From Octopus bimaculoides (lineage: Eukaryota), in contig NC_068983.1 in the NCBI RefSeq assembly GCF_001194135.2, forward strand, positions 156,294,329-156,358,328: a stretch of 64,000 nt of DNA, in the 5' to 3' direction. Positions 38,674-51,772 of this stretch are shown here, piece by piece. The notes below the pieces were generated by a model. The model was not told where the DNA came from, made no database searches, and was given only the letters and a program-made list of their open reading frames with translations. The number at the start of each line of letters is the position of its first letter. Position 1 is the first letter of the stretch. The position numbers and the translations under genes were made by a program.

Positions 38674-40100
38674 TTGGGTCGTCCGGAAAGTTCGTGCCGA
38701 TTTATAGTAGCTTACCTTTCGACTTATTTTAGAACATGGTTGAGTCCATAAAATAGGATTTGACTATATCTCCATTTAGAGCACAGTTTAAGTTATCTTT
38801 TCATGGAAGAAGGATCATGTTCTTATAACCTGTATTAATTCTCTAACCCTTTAAAATGAAAGATAAGAAAGTTCATTTTCGGCGCTTGATGCTTTTCTTT
38901 TTCCGTAAAGGGAAAAAATGCCTCACAAGCAACCAAAGAAATATGCGCAGTTTACGGTGATGTCTCCTTAACCTTTTGGATCGCATTTTCATCTATGATT
39001 CACTTTATAAACGGAATGAAAACGCGCCCTTTTTAAAGCAAATTCTGACAATTGATGAGAAATGGATTATCTACCGAAATGTTCAGAGAAAGCGATCCTG
39101 GAGTAAGCAACATCAGCCACCCTTAGCCACCCCAAAAGCGGGTCTTCATCCTAAAAATGTCTAGCTTTGTGTCTGATGGGACTGGAAAGGAATTCTGTAC
39201 TATGAGCTTCTCCCAAGTAACCAGACAATTAATTCTGAGAAATATTGCACGCAAGTGGATGTGTTAAAAGCAGCAATTCAAGTGCAAAGTCCAGAATTGG
39301 CCAACAGGAAGGGTATTGTTTTCCAATATGATAATGCAAGACCGTGGAGTGCAATGGCCCAGTGGTTAGGGCAGCGGATTCGCGGTCATAGGATCACGGT
39401 TTCGATTCCCCGACCGGGTGTTGTGAGTGTTTATTGAGCGAAAACACCTAAAGCTCCACGTGGCTCCGGCAGGGGTTGGTGGCGAACCCTGCTGTACTCT
39501 TTCACCACAAATTTCTCTCACTCTTACTTCCTGTTTCTGTTGTGCCTGTAATTCAAAGGGCCAGCCTTGTCCCACTTTCTGTCACGCTGAATATCCCCGA
39601 GAACTACGTTAAGGGTACACGTGTCTGTAGAGTACTCAGCCACTTGCACATTACTTTCACAAGCAGGCTGTTTCGTTAATCGGATCAACTGGAACCCTCG
39701 TCGTCGTAAGCGACGGAGAGCCAACAACAACAACAATGCAAGACCGCACGTTTTTTTGGGAACCAGACAGAAATTGCTGCAGCTCGGCTGGGATGTATTA
39801 TCCCACCCTCCCTATTCACCAGATATTGCTCCTTCGGATTTCCACTTATTCAGCTCTCTACAGAATAGTCTTAATGGTAAAAAATTCAACTCCTTGGATG
39901 ACGTAAAAAGATATCTTGATGAATTTTTGCTAGGAAATCACCTCAATTCTGGGAAGAAGGTATTTTCAAGTTAAAGGAAAGTTGGAGACGCATTGTGCAA
40001 CAAAATGGTTCATATTTGGTTGATTAAAAATGCAATGGCAAGTATTTATTGACCTTTTTCTTTCCTTTAAAAATCGGCAAGAACTTTCCGGACAACCCAA
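38674..40100 (+). mobile_element. Mariner (mellifera-like), internally deleted and interrupted by a SINE
   Basis: 30-bp TIRs TTGGGTCGTCCGGAAAGTTCGTGCCGATTT and inverse ending 40100 (2 mismatches); TA at 38672-73 and 40101-02. Motifs MKDKKVHFRRLMLFFF, ILTIDEKWI, WDWKGILYYELL, DNARP|H and HPPYSPDIAPSDFHLF. Most of the HTH/linker is missing near 38975. Confidence 0.95.
39345..39734 (+). mobile_element. Full-length tRNA-derived SINE family C with 12-bp TSD
   Basis: A-box TGGCCCAGTGG, B-box GGTTTCGATTCC, (CAA)n tail. TSD AATGCAAGACCG at 39333-44 and 39735-46. Confidence 0.95.
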
Positions 40101-40577
40101 TATTTATATAGATATTATTATTAATTATTATCATTAGTAAAATGAATAATAACAACAATAATATAATAGGCCAGCAAGCAAAAAGCCGATAAATGGCAAC
40201 TCCAAAATTTTATAATTCACTTATAATTATGATAGGACACACGAGAGGCCAGCATTGCCGTGAAAATCAGAGTCGAAAAACCCTTTGCAAAACAAAAACA
40301 CCAATCACTGGAAATGTAACCAGCACAACAGAAATCGGGTTACGAAAAAAGACATTAACTTACCATTTCGGAAGAAAGCAGTAGAATGAGTAAATAGATA
40401 TCCATGGATCAGTTGATTTCGAATTTTGAGCGCTTATCTTCCTTAATTCTCAACAGCGGATCTCACTATATAACTAGAGTTAAAGGCTGCTTTTTTAACA
40501 GGATTTTTCGACTCTAATTTTCACAGCAATGCTGGAACCGCCTTATTACAATTATAGAATAACTATAAAACTTTATA

Positions 40578-41012
40578 ATGGTGTGGCTGTGTGGTAAGAA
40601 GCTTGCTTCCCGACAACATGGTTCCGGGTTAAGTCCCACTGCATGGCACCTTCAGCAAGTGTCTTCTATTATAGCCGCGGGCCGACCAAAGCCTTGAGAG
40701 TGGATTTCGTAGAGGGAAACCGAAAGAAGCCGGTCGTATATATATATATATATATGTGTTTTTTGTGTGTGTGTGTGTGTGTGTGTGCGCGTGTGTGTGT
40801 CTGTGATTGTCCCTCCACCTTCGCGTGACAACCGGTGTTGGTGCGTTTACATCCCCGTAACATAGCGGTTCTGCAAAAGGGACCGATAGAATAAGTACTA
40901 GACTTACAAAGAATAATTCCTGGGGTCGCTTTGTTCGAGTAAAGGTAGTGCTACAGCATTGCTGCATTCAAATGACTGACACAATTAAAATAATAAAAGA
41001 AAAGTAAAAGAA
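40578..41012 (+). mobile_element. Near full-length SINE family A
   Basis: TGGCTGTGTGGTAAGAAGCTTGC head, internal (TA)/(TG) tract, A-rich tail. Confidence 0.9.
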
Positions 41013-42954
41013 TATATATACACTCATATATGTTTTCATATTTATAACTATATGTATTTATTCAAGTTTGACACTTAGTTCGAAGTTTCAGAACGCACAC
41101 ACACATTCCCACGATCACAAACACAATTATACATGCAACACAGGTGCAATCACAAACATAATGAAATTTCCCAAAATTATTTTAACTCAGTGTATTTAAA
41201 GAAGACCAATAAATTTGCAGAGCTCCTATGATCGCCAACATATTTTCTGCATCTGTATCTCTTAGTTTTTAGAAAGACACTTTCCTACTCGTAATCTAAA
41301 TGGTTAATATATTCAGGGGATACAAGACATGGGACCTTCATTTTGCTGCTCGCAATCCTATTTCAAATGTGTTCAGTGAGAGGTAATTACCACCACCAAT
41401 AACAATTATAAAACGCAAAATCAGATTTGATAGTAAACTTAAACAAACGCACATTTTGTGCCCAATCACAGTTGAACATGACATTTGACTTAACTGTATT
41501 TATAAATGGTCCAAAATTGTGACATAATGCTTTACCACAAGGGAGAGAAGTTTGTTTCAGACACCACCATTTACCGACACAGACCAACCATTTTAAATTG
41601 TGTTTGCTTTAGATTTTTGGTTAATGTATATTTTATCACGCACGATACAAATTATGTTGGGAAATAAATGAATATCAGGTCCCTTACTGTCATATTGATA
41701 GAGAGTAAATAAACACTTCAGGTTTTGTCTGTCTCATGTTCACGTGTCAAAATTTGGTAAAATTTTATAATTTTATCATTATTTCCTCCGCTTCAATTCG
41801 GTCAGTGAGTTTTTTGTTCAGTTTTCTTCCGTCAGATATATATAACGAATATTACTATTTGTATTTTGCTTATGCATATTTATATTTTCCTTAAGTTAAA
41901 TTTGCTTTTACTATTTATCTAAAAGTTCGAAAGCTATTAGCTGTAGTGATTTCTAATCCTGATTAATTTTATAAGATAATACTTTCTTTTCTGTTACATA
42001 CCTTCTTTTCTCTTTTTGCAAAAGAAAGAAATCATTTTAATATCACAGTTATGCTTGCTTTTATATGTGGCAGCAACAATATATAATCAATACTGAAATC
42101 TAGCGTTTCATAGATCTAACGTTAACTTCTTATAATAAACCGAAAAGATATCGCATCGTTTTATCATGACACTTACATTTATATGGCCTTTTTACTTTTC
42201 GATTTCTACAAAAGAATTGTGCAATACGAGTGAATGAGGTCAGCTAATATAATGGGGGCCATGCATTGGACGCAGCTTTACCAGAAGACGTAACTAAAGG
42301 ACAGTACTTAATATCAAGAGGTTAATCTAGATTGAGACAAAACTAGAAATCTATGAGGATTAAGTGGAGTCAAGCGAAACTGCGAAAAGATGAAATATAA
42401 TGGCAGTAGACTTTTCGGCAGCTGGTTTTGAGATGTAATATTGAAAAACGCCAAGTTCAATAATGCTTTAAAATTAGTGTCATTGATCTTTACTTTATAG
42501 AAAAACTAACCTACAGCATTCCAGCATCATCATAATCGCTATAATCATTTGTGGACTACTTTTTATATATATGAGATAATTATCATTCCGACTTGTCTGA
42601 AATACTGAGTAGGCAAGTCATTGATTTATGTCAGATACAACAGAAACAGCGAAGAAGTACGGTTTTCTATATATGACAGATGATGTTGAAATAAGAAATG
42701 TGTCTTATGTTGATGACCAGAGGTTGAAATCAGTAGACAATTATTAGATGACATTAGTTTACCGTTCTACACGCCATTTTTATAACTATTTGTCTAGGAT
42801 ACGTTAAAAGAGTTCGCGTAGCTATAAATTCGACCAGATTTTCGCTGTTTTTAGAAATCTTTAGAGATAAAAGTTACATTAGAAGTATAATTTGGTGAGA
42901 GTTTGCAGCATTTGGTAGTTTTATCCTCATATCTCCAAATTGTATCACAATCAG

Positions 42955-43060
42955 CATATTTCCTAAAAAGGTACTGGGACCGATTCGTTCGACTAAAATC
43001 CTACAAGGCGATACCCCAGTACAGCTGCAGTCTAATAACTAAAACAAATAAAAGAAGCAA
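42955..43060 (+). mobile_element. SINE family A-related 3' fragment
   Basis: GTACTGGGACCGATTCGTTCGACTAAAA...CAGTCTAATAACTAAAACAA. Confidence 0.6.
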
Positions 43061-43096
43061 CTTGTACAAATACAAAGGAAAGTCAAACATATGATG

Positions 43097-43163
<67 letters not shown>

Positions 43164-43168
<5 letters not shown>

Positions 43169-43505
43169 GCTTTCTAATTGATGTATCAATACCAGCAGAT
43201 GACAACGTTTCTCTAAAAGAAATGGAAAAACTTTCAAAATACAAAGACCTGGAAATAGAGATAACTCGAATGTNNNNNNNNNNNNNNNNNNNNNNNNNNN
43301 NNNNNNNNNNNNNNNNNNNNNNNNNNNNNNNNNNNNNNNNNNNNNNNNNNNNNNNNNNNNNNNNNNNNNNNNNNNNNNNNNNNNNNNNNNNNNNNNNNNN
43401 NNNNNNNNNNNNNNNNNNNNNNNNNNNNNNNNNNNNNNNNNNNNNNNNNNNNNNNNNNNNNNNNNNNNNNNNNNNNNNNNNNNNNNNNAAAATAAAACTA
43501 CTGAA
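43164..43505 (+). mobile_element. R4/Dong-like RLE non-LTR retrotransposon 3' fragment, partly in gap 43274-43488
   Basis: CFLIDVSIPADDNVSLKEMEKLSKYKDLEIEITRM, the C-terminal half of a PD-(D/E)xK restriction-like endonuclease. Flanked by (TAA)n on both sides. Confidence 0.85.
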
Positions 43506-43506
43506 C

Positions 43507-43570
<64 letters not shown>

Positions 43571-43572
<2 letters not shown>

Positions 43573-43700
43573 GGCTCTGGAACTTATTTGAAAATGATAC
43601 CAGGCTTATCATCCCTACAGGAAGTGCAAAAAATCGTGTTAACTGGAATGACTCACGCACTGAGAAGAGCATTATCGCTGTGAAAACAACATCCATTCAT
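43571..43700 (+). mobile_element. R4/Dong-like extreme C-terminal fragment
   Basis: YLKMIPGLSSLQEVQKIVLTGMTHALRRALSL*, inserted after (TAA)n. Confidence 0.75.
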
Positions 43701-43874
43701 GAATTTATTTATTTATTATTTTTCTTAAATACATATTTTACCTGTGAACTTGCGTGTGGAAACTGGGAATGCATACAATGAGCTTCTTTGCCTTGGGCGT
43801 ACAGAAAACCCTCGGCTAGAAATGGAAGAAAATTTGAAGAAAGAAGAAAAAACAACAATAATAATAATGATGAT

Positions 43875-44104
43875 AATAATATCAGAAACCGGACATTGTT
43901 GAGGTGAATAAAACGAAAGAACATGTATGATAATCGACATAGCATGGCTTGGAGACAACAGGATCACTGTGAAAAAAGAAAGATAAACAAATGCAAGAAT
44001 TCTTCGCAGGGTTCTTGGAGCATGACTAGTGTCACCTTAGTCTACTGGCTGTGAGCAGCTGACACTTTCCATCATACCCATCAAAATAAGCTATGAGTTT
44101 TCTA
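43875..44104 (+). mobile_element. R4/Dong-like fragment (RLE start plus 3' UTR), internally deleted, ending in (CCCTAA)4
   Basis: KPDIVEVNK..IDIAWLGDNRI. The 3' UTR at 43992-44102 is homologous to 45186-45300. Confidence 0.8.
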
Positions 44105-44128
44105 CCCTAACCCTAACCCTAACCCTAA
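44105..44128 (+). repeat. (CCCTAA)4 telomere-type repeat
   Basis: Visible. Confidence 0.9.
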
Positions 44129-44255
44129 CACCTACATGAACTTCTAACTTGTTGTCTCTTGAGGTCTCTGGGTGAGACTTGCATCCAACTTGTACAAATG
44201 CAAAACAAAAGTCAAACATAAAACAATAATAATAATAATAATGATGATGATGATA

Positions 44256-44301
<46 letters not shown>

Positions 44302-44478
44302 NNNNNNNNNNNNNNNNNNNNNNNNNNNNNNNNNNNNNNNNNNNNNNNNNNNNNNNNNNNNNNNNNNNNNNNNNNNNNNNNNNNNNNNNNNNNNNNNNNN
44401 NNNNNNNNNNNNNNNNNNNNNNNNNNNNNNNNNNNNNNNNNNNNNNNNNNNNNNNNNGAGGAGGAGGAGGAGGAGGAG

Positions 44479-45315
44479 GATAACGGCCAATATTCAAGAG
44501 ATACAAACGCCAGGACAGATACAGAAGACCGGTGGCTATGGATGAGGAAGAGCGAGCTGAAGATAGAGACTGAAACACTCATATGCGCTATCCAAGAACT
44601 AGCGTTAAAGATTATGTGAAGTGCAAAATCGACAACACTACCGACAGCGACAAATACAGAATGTGCGGTAACGGGGGCGAAACGGTACGGCACATCGGTA
44701 GCAAATGCCTGAAATTGGCACAACGGGATTACAAAAGACGACATGACAATGTAGCAAGAATGGTCCAATGGGAGATCTGTGGAAATCATGGCCTTCAAAG
44801 AGCAAAGACGTGGTATGAGCAAATTCCGGAAGGAATCACCGAGAATGAAAATTGCAAAATCCTGTGGGATGCAATGATTCAGTGCGATCATCTGACCAGA
44901 CATCGGGAACCGGACATTGTTGTGGTGAAAAAGAAGAAAGAACATGCATGATAATCGTCATAGCATGTCCCAGTGACAACAGGATCAAAGAGAAAGAAGA
45001 AAATGAGCAACTATAACGATTTGAAGTGGGAAATTCGAAGCTTGTGGTCAATAAGGAGAGTAGACGTGGTACCAATAGTAATTGGTACACTTCGAAATAT
45101 CAGCACTCAACTACCAATATGACACAAACAGATTGTGCAAATGTAAAGGTAGAGCACCTAAAAAAATCTGCATTACCTGGAACTGCAAGAATTCTTCAGT
45201 GTTCTTGAAGCATAACCAGTAAACATGTGTCACGTTAGTCTGCTGGCTGTGAGCAGCCGACACTTTCAAACACACCCATCAAAATAAGCTGTGAGTTTTC
45301 ATATAATAATAATAA
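44479..45315 (+). mobile_element. R4/Dong-like RLE LINE 3' portion (CCHC knuckle, RLE, 3' UTR, (TAA)n tail)
   Basis: GQY, LKIETETLICAIQE, YRMCGNGGETVRHIGSKC (decayed CCHC), YKRRHDNVA, ILWD, REPDIVVV, LPGTARIL; frameshifted. Confidence 0.9.
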
Positions 45316-45548
45316 AAATACCAGTAGAGTGAAGATGAAAAGCTTGAAGAGAAATTTTTAATATGTCCCTTATACAGCGTGTTGTGTTCATTTGAAATGG
45401 TTTCCACACATCCATGTACATGGACATGAGCTGTTCACTTCAAATACAAACGTGTGTGTGTGTGGTATTGACATACAAGAATCCGTATAAGCATGAATAC
45501 ATAGATCTATGCATTATATATGTTTGCCAAGGTTTATCGAAGAGAAAT

Positions 45549-45601
<53 letters not shown>

Positions 45602-46637
45602 NNNNNNNNNNNNNNNNNNNNNNNNNNNNNNNNNNNNNNNNNNNNNNNNNNNNNNNNNNNNNNNNNNNNNNNNNNNNNNNNNNNNNNNNNNNNNNNNNNN
45701 NNNNNNNNNNNNNNNNNNNNNNNNNNNNNNNNNNNNNNNNNNNNNNNNNNNNNNNNNNNNNNNNNNNNNNNNNNNNNNNNNNNNNNNNNNNNNNNNNNNN
45801 NNNNNNNNNNNNNNNNNNNNNNNNNNNNNNNNNNNNNNNNNNNNNNNNNNNNNNNNNNNNNNNNNNNNNNNNNNNNNNNNNNNNNNNNNNNNNNNNNNNN
45901 NNNNNNNNNNNNNNNNNNNNNNNNNNNNNNNNNNNNNNNNNNNNNNNNNNNNNNNNNNNNNNNNNNNNNNNNNNNNNNNNNNNNNNNNNNNNNNNNNNNN
46001 NNNNNNNNNNNNNNNNNNNNNNNNNNNNNNNNNNNNNNNNNNNNNNNNNNNNNNNNNNNNNNNNNNNNNNNNNNNNNNNNNNNNNNNNNNNNNNNNNNNN
46101 NNNNNNNNNNNNNNNNNNNNNNNNNNNNNNNNNNNNNNNNNNNNNNNNATATATATATATATATGTATGTATGTATGTATGTATATATATGTATGTATGT
46201 ATATATATCATATAGAAAATGTCACCTGTTTTTGTCTTGTTTCTTCCACTTCTGCCATTCCTCATCATCCTCCTCCTTCTTCTTATCCGCTTCCTCCTTT
46301 GCTAACTGCTCTACACTCTACATGCAGATCATTTGTACCTACATACACACTCATACATACATATAAGCGAGCATACATGTATACATATATATGTGTGTGT
46401 GTCTCTCTGTGTGTCTATATACATATCTGTGTGCACATATATATATATATGTGCGTGTGTGTGTGTGTGTGTATACATATTCATATATATATATATATTC
46501 ATACAGCCATACTAATACAAGTATAATATTTGGTACCGCACAAATCGTTTGTAGTTTGTCATTCACTTTCTGATACTGCTTCTCTTTCTTCCACTTTCTT
46601 TCTCTCATTCGCTTGTCAATCTATCTCCCCTCTCTCT

Positions 46638-46697
<60 letters not shown>

Positions 46698-47200
46698 CAT
46701 ATATGCAAACATGTGCGTGTATGTTCTTTTTTTTCATTTTCATAAAATAATATCATATCATACAAACAATAATATATTAAACTAAGTCCAATGCATAGAA
46801 ACAGAAAGATATTTTAAAATGTTTACTGTTTGGCTATAATAAGGAAACTCTTTCATGGCTATACTATAATAATGTTTAAATCTATTTACATAAACTTACA
46901 TAAATCTTCAAAATGTTTTAGAATATCTTAGAATCTATTTACCAACCATTTGGAAGATCACTATATATGTGTCTCTCAGTATACATAACATATATCAATA
47001 ATTCAATCACCATATCCACCTCTGCAACAAGCAGCGGAAAATCTTTTCTCTCTGTCTATATGTGCTACATTATTCTCTGACAGTCGTCCTCCTTTCTCTC
47101 ACCCTCTCTCTTTCACCTCTATGCCTCTTTGTTACTTACTCTTGCTAATCTAATCAGACACACGTTTAAACACACAGGAAACACATTATAGTCTAACTCT

Positions 47201-47315
<115 letters not shown>

Positions 47316-47397
47316 AATAGATAGAGTGTGAGATAGACGAAGAAATACAGAATAAGATACCTCTGGAAATATACTAAAAATTCTATAGTATAAGATC

Positions 47398-47490
47398 TTT
47401 ATCTTTTACTTTTTTTCAGTCATTGGATTGCAGTCATGCTGACACACTTCCTCTAGGGGTTTAGTCAAATAAATTGGACTGTATTGAGTT
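47398..47490 (-). mobile_element. SINE family A 3' fragment
   Basis: TTTCAGTCATTGGATTGCAGTCATGCTG...TTTAGTCAA is the reverse complement of the tail. Confidence 0.6.
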
Positions 47491-47599
47491 CTATTGTGAG
47501 GTCATTAATTGACGGTGGTGGGGGATAAACCAACACCACCTGTCCAGCGATAGTGAAGAACAAACTCAAACACACCCAAGAACATAAAAGAATATATAT

Positions 47600-47601
47600 A
47601 T

Positions 47602-47652
<51 letters not shown>

Positions 47653-47770
47653 ATAGAGATAGAAAGATAGAGAGATAAAGAGAGAGAGTGGGAGGAGATA
47701 GAGATAGAGAGATAGAGTGGGAGGAGATAGAGATAGAGAGATAGAGTTAGATATAGAGGGAGGGATAGAG
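47600..47770. repeat. (GA)n/(GAGATA)n purine tract
   Basis: Visible. Confidence 0.92.
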
Positions 47771-50700
47771 ATAAGTCAAAAGCTAAGATCTCAAAACCAT
47801 AATAGAAGAAAATACTTGGTTCTAGCTAAACATGTTACCCACGGTGACGTTAGTTCTTACCTTACTCGTTCATATTTGCCGAGTCAAATTGTTGGCAGAA
47901 ATTAAATATTATTTGTATAATATTTTTATGATTTGCTATTTTTAAATGTTAATTTTCTAGTGTTTAGAAATTTACCAATTCCTACTTTTTTTATCGCGCT
48001 AACAGAAATAAAATCTAGTAAAAGTGAAAGAGAGGTGAGGAATTACTCCCGTTAACAACACAGATCCACAAAATAGATTTATAACGTAGAAACGTGGCTG
48101 AAAATTGTCACGAAAATACTAGTAGCTAATTCATTGCTTATTTCGACAGATTCTCTACTAGAATACAAGGCAGCGAAGGCGAACTTGAAAACATGGTTGC
48201 TCAACAACTTTCATAGAAAGAAACGAAGTGCAACTAAATTCATATACTATATTTTACACAAAGCATAATGAAAGTGATTAAGGCCAAAATATATTGCTTT
48301 GTGGGTGAATAATTCTTTTTACTTGAAAGTGAATACAATTGATTCCTCATTTAATAAAATATTTCGCCAAACGGTTTTGTATTTCTTTTCTACTTAATTT
48401 TTGTAACACATTGCCTGTAAATATTAAAATTCGAATGTTTTATATGCGTATCTGTATATATCTACGCAGTATATAAGTATGTATCTATATATGTGTATCT
48501 TTGTATGTATGTTTATGTACAGACATTGAATTATTGGTGTGTTGACAGTATTTAGTTTCGATGCTAAAATATACTATTGAACATATCTATAGATTCTAAG
48601 CCAGGAATGTATTTACGATAAATGTAAACAATACACTTATATACACAGTATGCTTGCGAGCAAAAAAAATGTAACAGGTGTATATGTTGCACATTTCCAC
48701 TCGTAGAGACTCACCAGCAGCACATACATTTCTTTATTTAGCACCAGTGTCTAAGGTGGTCTTAATCATGAATTAGGTTCATTTACTTTTCTCTAGGAGC
48801 TTCAATAAGGGAATCATAGTTTTACTGTGTTCGTTAACAGATCAAACCTCAACGAAGAGCAGATTATTGAGCAGTAGCAATACTCTGGGCACCTAAATGT
48901 AGCAGACAGTTGTCATATCAACGTCAGTCCCAGAGGTACGAATCCTACGCTACTGAGTAGGATAGCAGATAAGGCTTCTATATACAGTCCATACTACTGA
49001 CTCTCATGACAAGTCTTTTAGTTATCGTATGTGTAAGTATAGTTTCATTTGCTTCCTTTAGCTTATTATTCTCCACGGCGAGATTTAACAACAATGGCCA
49101 AAAGACCCAGACATTCTAAGAGAGAGAAGATTCATTGAATAACTCAGTAATATTTACCGGGACATTCACGGTGCAAACTCTTAACAACAAATATTAGCTA
49201 GATTTAAATTGCACTTCGAGAAAACGACAAATTTCAAAGTTCATGGTTTGGTCTCTCGAAATCACATTAGTCCACAATCATTTCACAAGTATTTGGAATA
49301 TTTAAGAACTATTATTAAGCATTATTATCCATTAACCTGGACATTTATTTAAAAGAAAAAACGAGTGCTTGTATAAACATGGAAAAAAAAACTCGCAAAA
49401 TACATCAAATAAAACGACTGTCAGAGAGTGGTTAATAAACATTCTTTCGATGTGGTAGACTGAATGGTGAGCATCTATGGAATCTGTGCACCATATTGAA
49501 GCTACAGTGAAGTACAATCAATTGAATTTCATGTTAAAAGTATGCAAGAATCTTCTCAAGTCTAGAAAGTGATTGTTTTTGCTGTCTACAGTCCAAAGTT
49601 GGAGCTTTGTATCTTTCTTAGAAACCAGCTCCTTTCTCAGAGGAAGAATTTAATTAATAACAGAAGAGAACATACAATTACAATATCTCCGTTTTCTCTC
49701 TCGTCATCTATTCTTTGCGTAGAAGGGCATAGGCTTGAAGCGTCACAGACTTCTTCCATTTTTCATTAGCGTCAATCTAACACACTCTGTTTTTTGTTCT
49801 TTCACCCCGTCTTTGTGTTTTCTTTATATCTGTACCATACATACACGCATACGAACATACATACGTACGTACATATATACATACATACATACATACAAAC
49901 ATACATACATACATACATACATATTCAAAGAATTGCACGTGTATCTATAAGTACATCTATATATATATATAAGTTTGTATGGATCTATGTGTGTGTATAT
50001 TGAAAACTCGGTATGAGTTTGTACATCTTAGAAATAACTATGCGTGAAAGCACGTGTCATAGTATTTGTGTATTCTTACGTATGTATATTAGTAGATAAT
50101 TACGTGTATACTGGTGTATAATTTCTTTCCATTACCTTTTAAGTGAGATTTTTAAAATTCTTCTGATCTTATGACCGTAACGGTATCTATCGAGATATTT
50201 CCGCAATGTATGTTAAACAATCTTTTTTAAATAAAATATACAGAGAGGGAGAGAGAGAGAGAAACTCTTTGTTTTCATCTTTGCTTGTTAAGTGCATTGG
50301 CTTAAAAGCCTTGTGAACCAGCCTAGGAGATTTTCAAATACAAACAATCGATAGATTCTGGGAAACACTAATATATCTTTAAAAGGTCCTACTTTTTAAT
50401 TTACTGTATATCCCTATGTCAAACAAGTTAATTACCTTGATATTTTATCAAAGTTTATCGTTGGTTTGATTTCAATATTTATTTTCAGTGCTTAATTGAT
50501 CATGTGCCACGCGCGTCTTCAGCCTGACACTATGGAGAAAACATATTTAGTTATTACCGCAATTTGCTACAAGAAGCTATAATCACAATATTACAATTCA
50601 TTTCGTGACCTTCATGTCAGCATTCATAAGGAAACTCTAACGCAGGATTATTAACCTTGACATTAAATAGACAATAATTCACAGAACAAATATATGTGTA

Positions 50701-51582
50701 TGTATAAAGCAACAGATAAGCAAAGGTTATTGAGCATATTTTGAAGCAATTATAATATATAATTACGAAATAGCCCTCCTACATCAATATTTCGAACATT
50801 TTAAATACATCCTACTTAAAAGGTAGTTAACTGTAAAATTATTTAAACCTATCCTATATTTCCATTTGCACTAATTTTTATTAAATTATCGTCTTCAACG
50901 CACAAAAAAAGTAATAATACTGTTTATCATAAATATTTTGTTGTATTAAATATTATGCGACTAAACACGAAATTTAAGTAATAATTGAATGTTCATTATA
51001 TTTAATAGATAAATTTGAAATCATAAATTTTCTGGAAATTACTATTAAATTTAAGATACGTTCATAAAGAAATATTTACAAAATTTTAACCTGCTTGCAT
51101 ATCGTATAAGGATAACAATTACTAAATAATCGAACATAGTCAACTTTTTGATACATGCGAGATAACTTTATAACGTGGAAGTAAAATTATAAAATAATTA
51201 AATTATCAATTTCACCCTTTTCAGTTGTAGGTGGTTAAATAATTTATGGTTAATTAAAACTGAAAATTTTTTTTTAAATGCAATTTCTCTTCTTCCATTT
51301 ACACGCTGACGCTTTTAGTCACATAATCTGAGATTTTAATATGATCGTCTAAGAATATAATTATTCATAAGTGTGTATGCGAGTGTGAATGTGGGTGTGT
51401 GGGGATGTGCGCGTGCGCGCGGTTGTAGAGTATATCTTAATAGTAAATTCTAGGCTGAAAGAAATGCTGCTCCTTGAATCTACTAACGAAAAATAGTAAC
51501 GCTGCTATTGAAATGACATTTAATGTTTCAAACATATTTTTATGTAACGATGGCAGAAAATGTTTAATATATCAACAATAAT

Positions 51583-51772
51583 CATTTCTATCAAAGGCAC
51601 AAGGCCTGACATTTTGTGGGGAATGGGATACTCAATTACATTGACGTCATTGCTCAACTGGTACTTATGTTATTGACCCCGAAAGAATGAAAGTGAAAGT
51701 CGACTGCCGTGTAATTAGAATTCAGAACGTAAAAACGAACGAAATGTCTCTAACGATTCTGACAGCTCTCCA
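51583..51772 (-). mobile_element. SINE family B
   Basis: Reverse complement matches the copy at 8545. Confidence 0.8.

Noticed and set aside
42270-42330. LPEDVTKGQ as a cadherin/protocadherin repeat start
   Set aside because: No further cadherin motifs (LDRE, DxNDN) and nearby stops.
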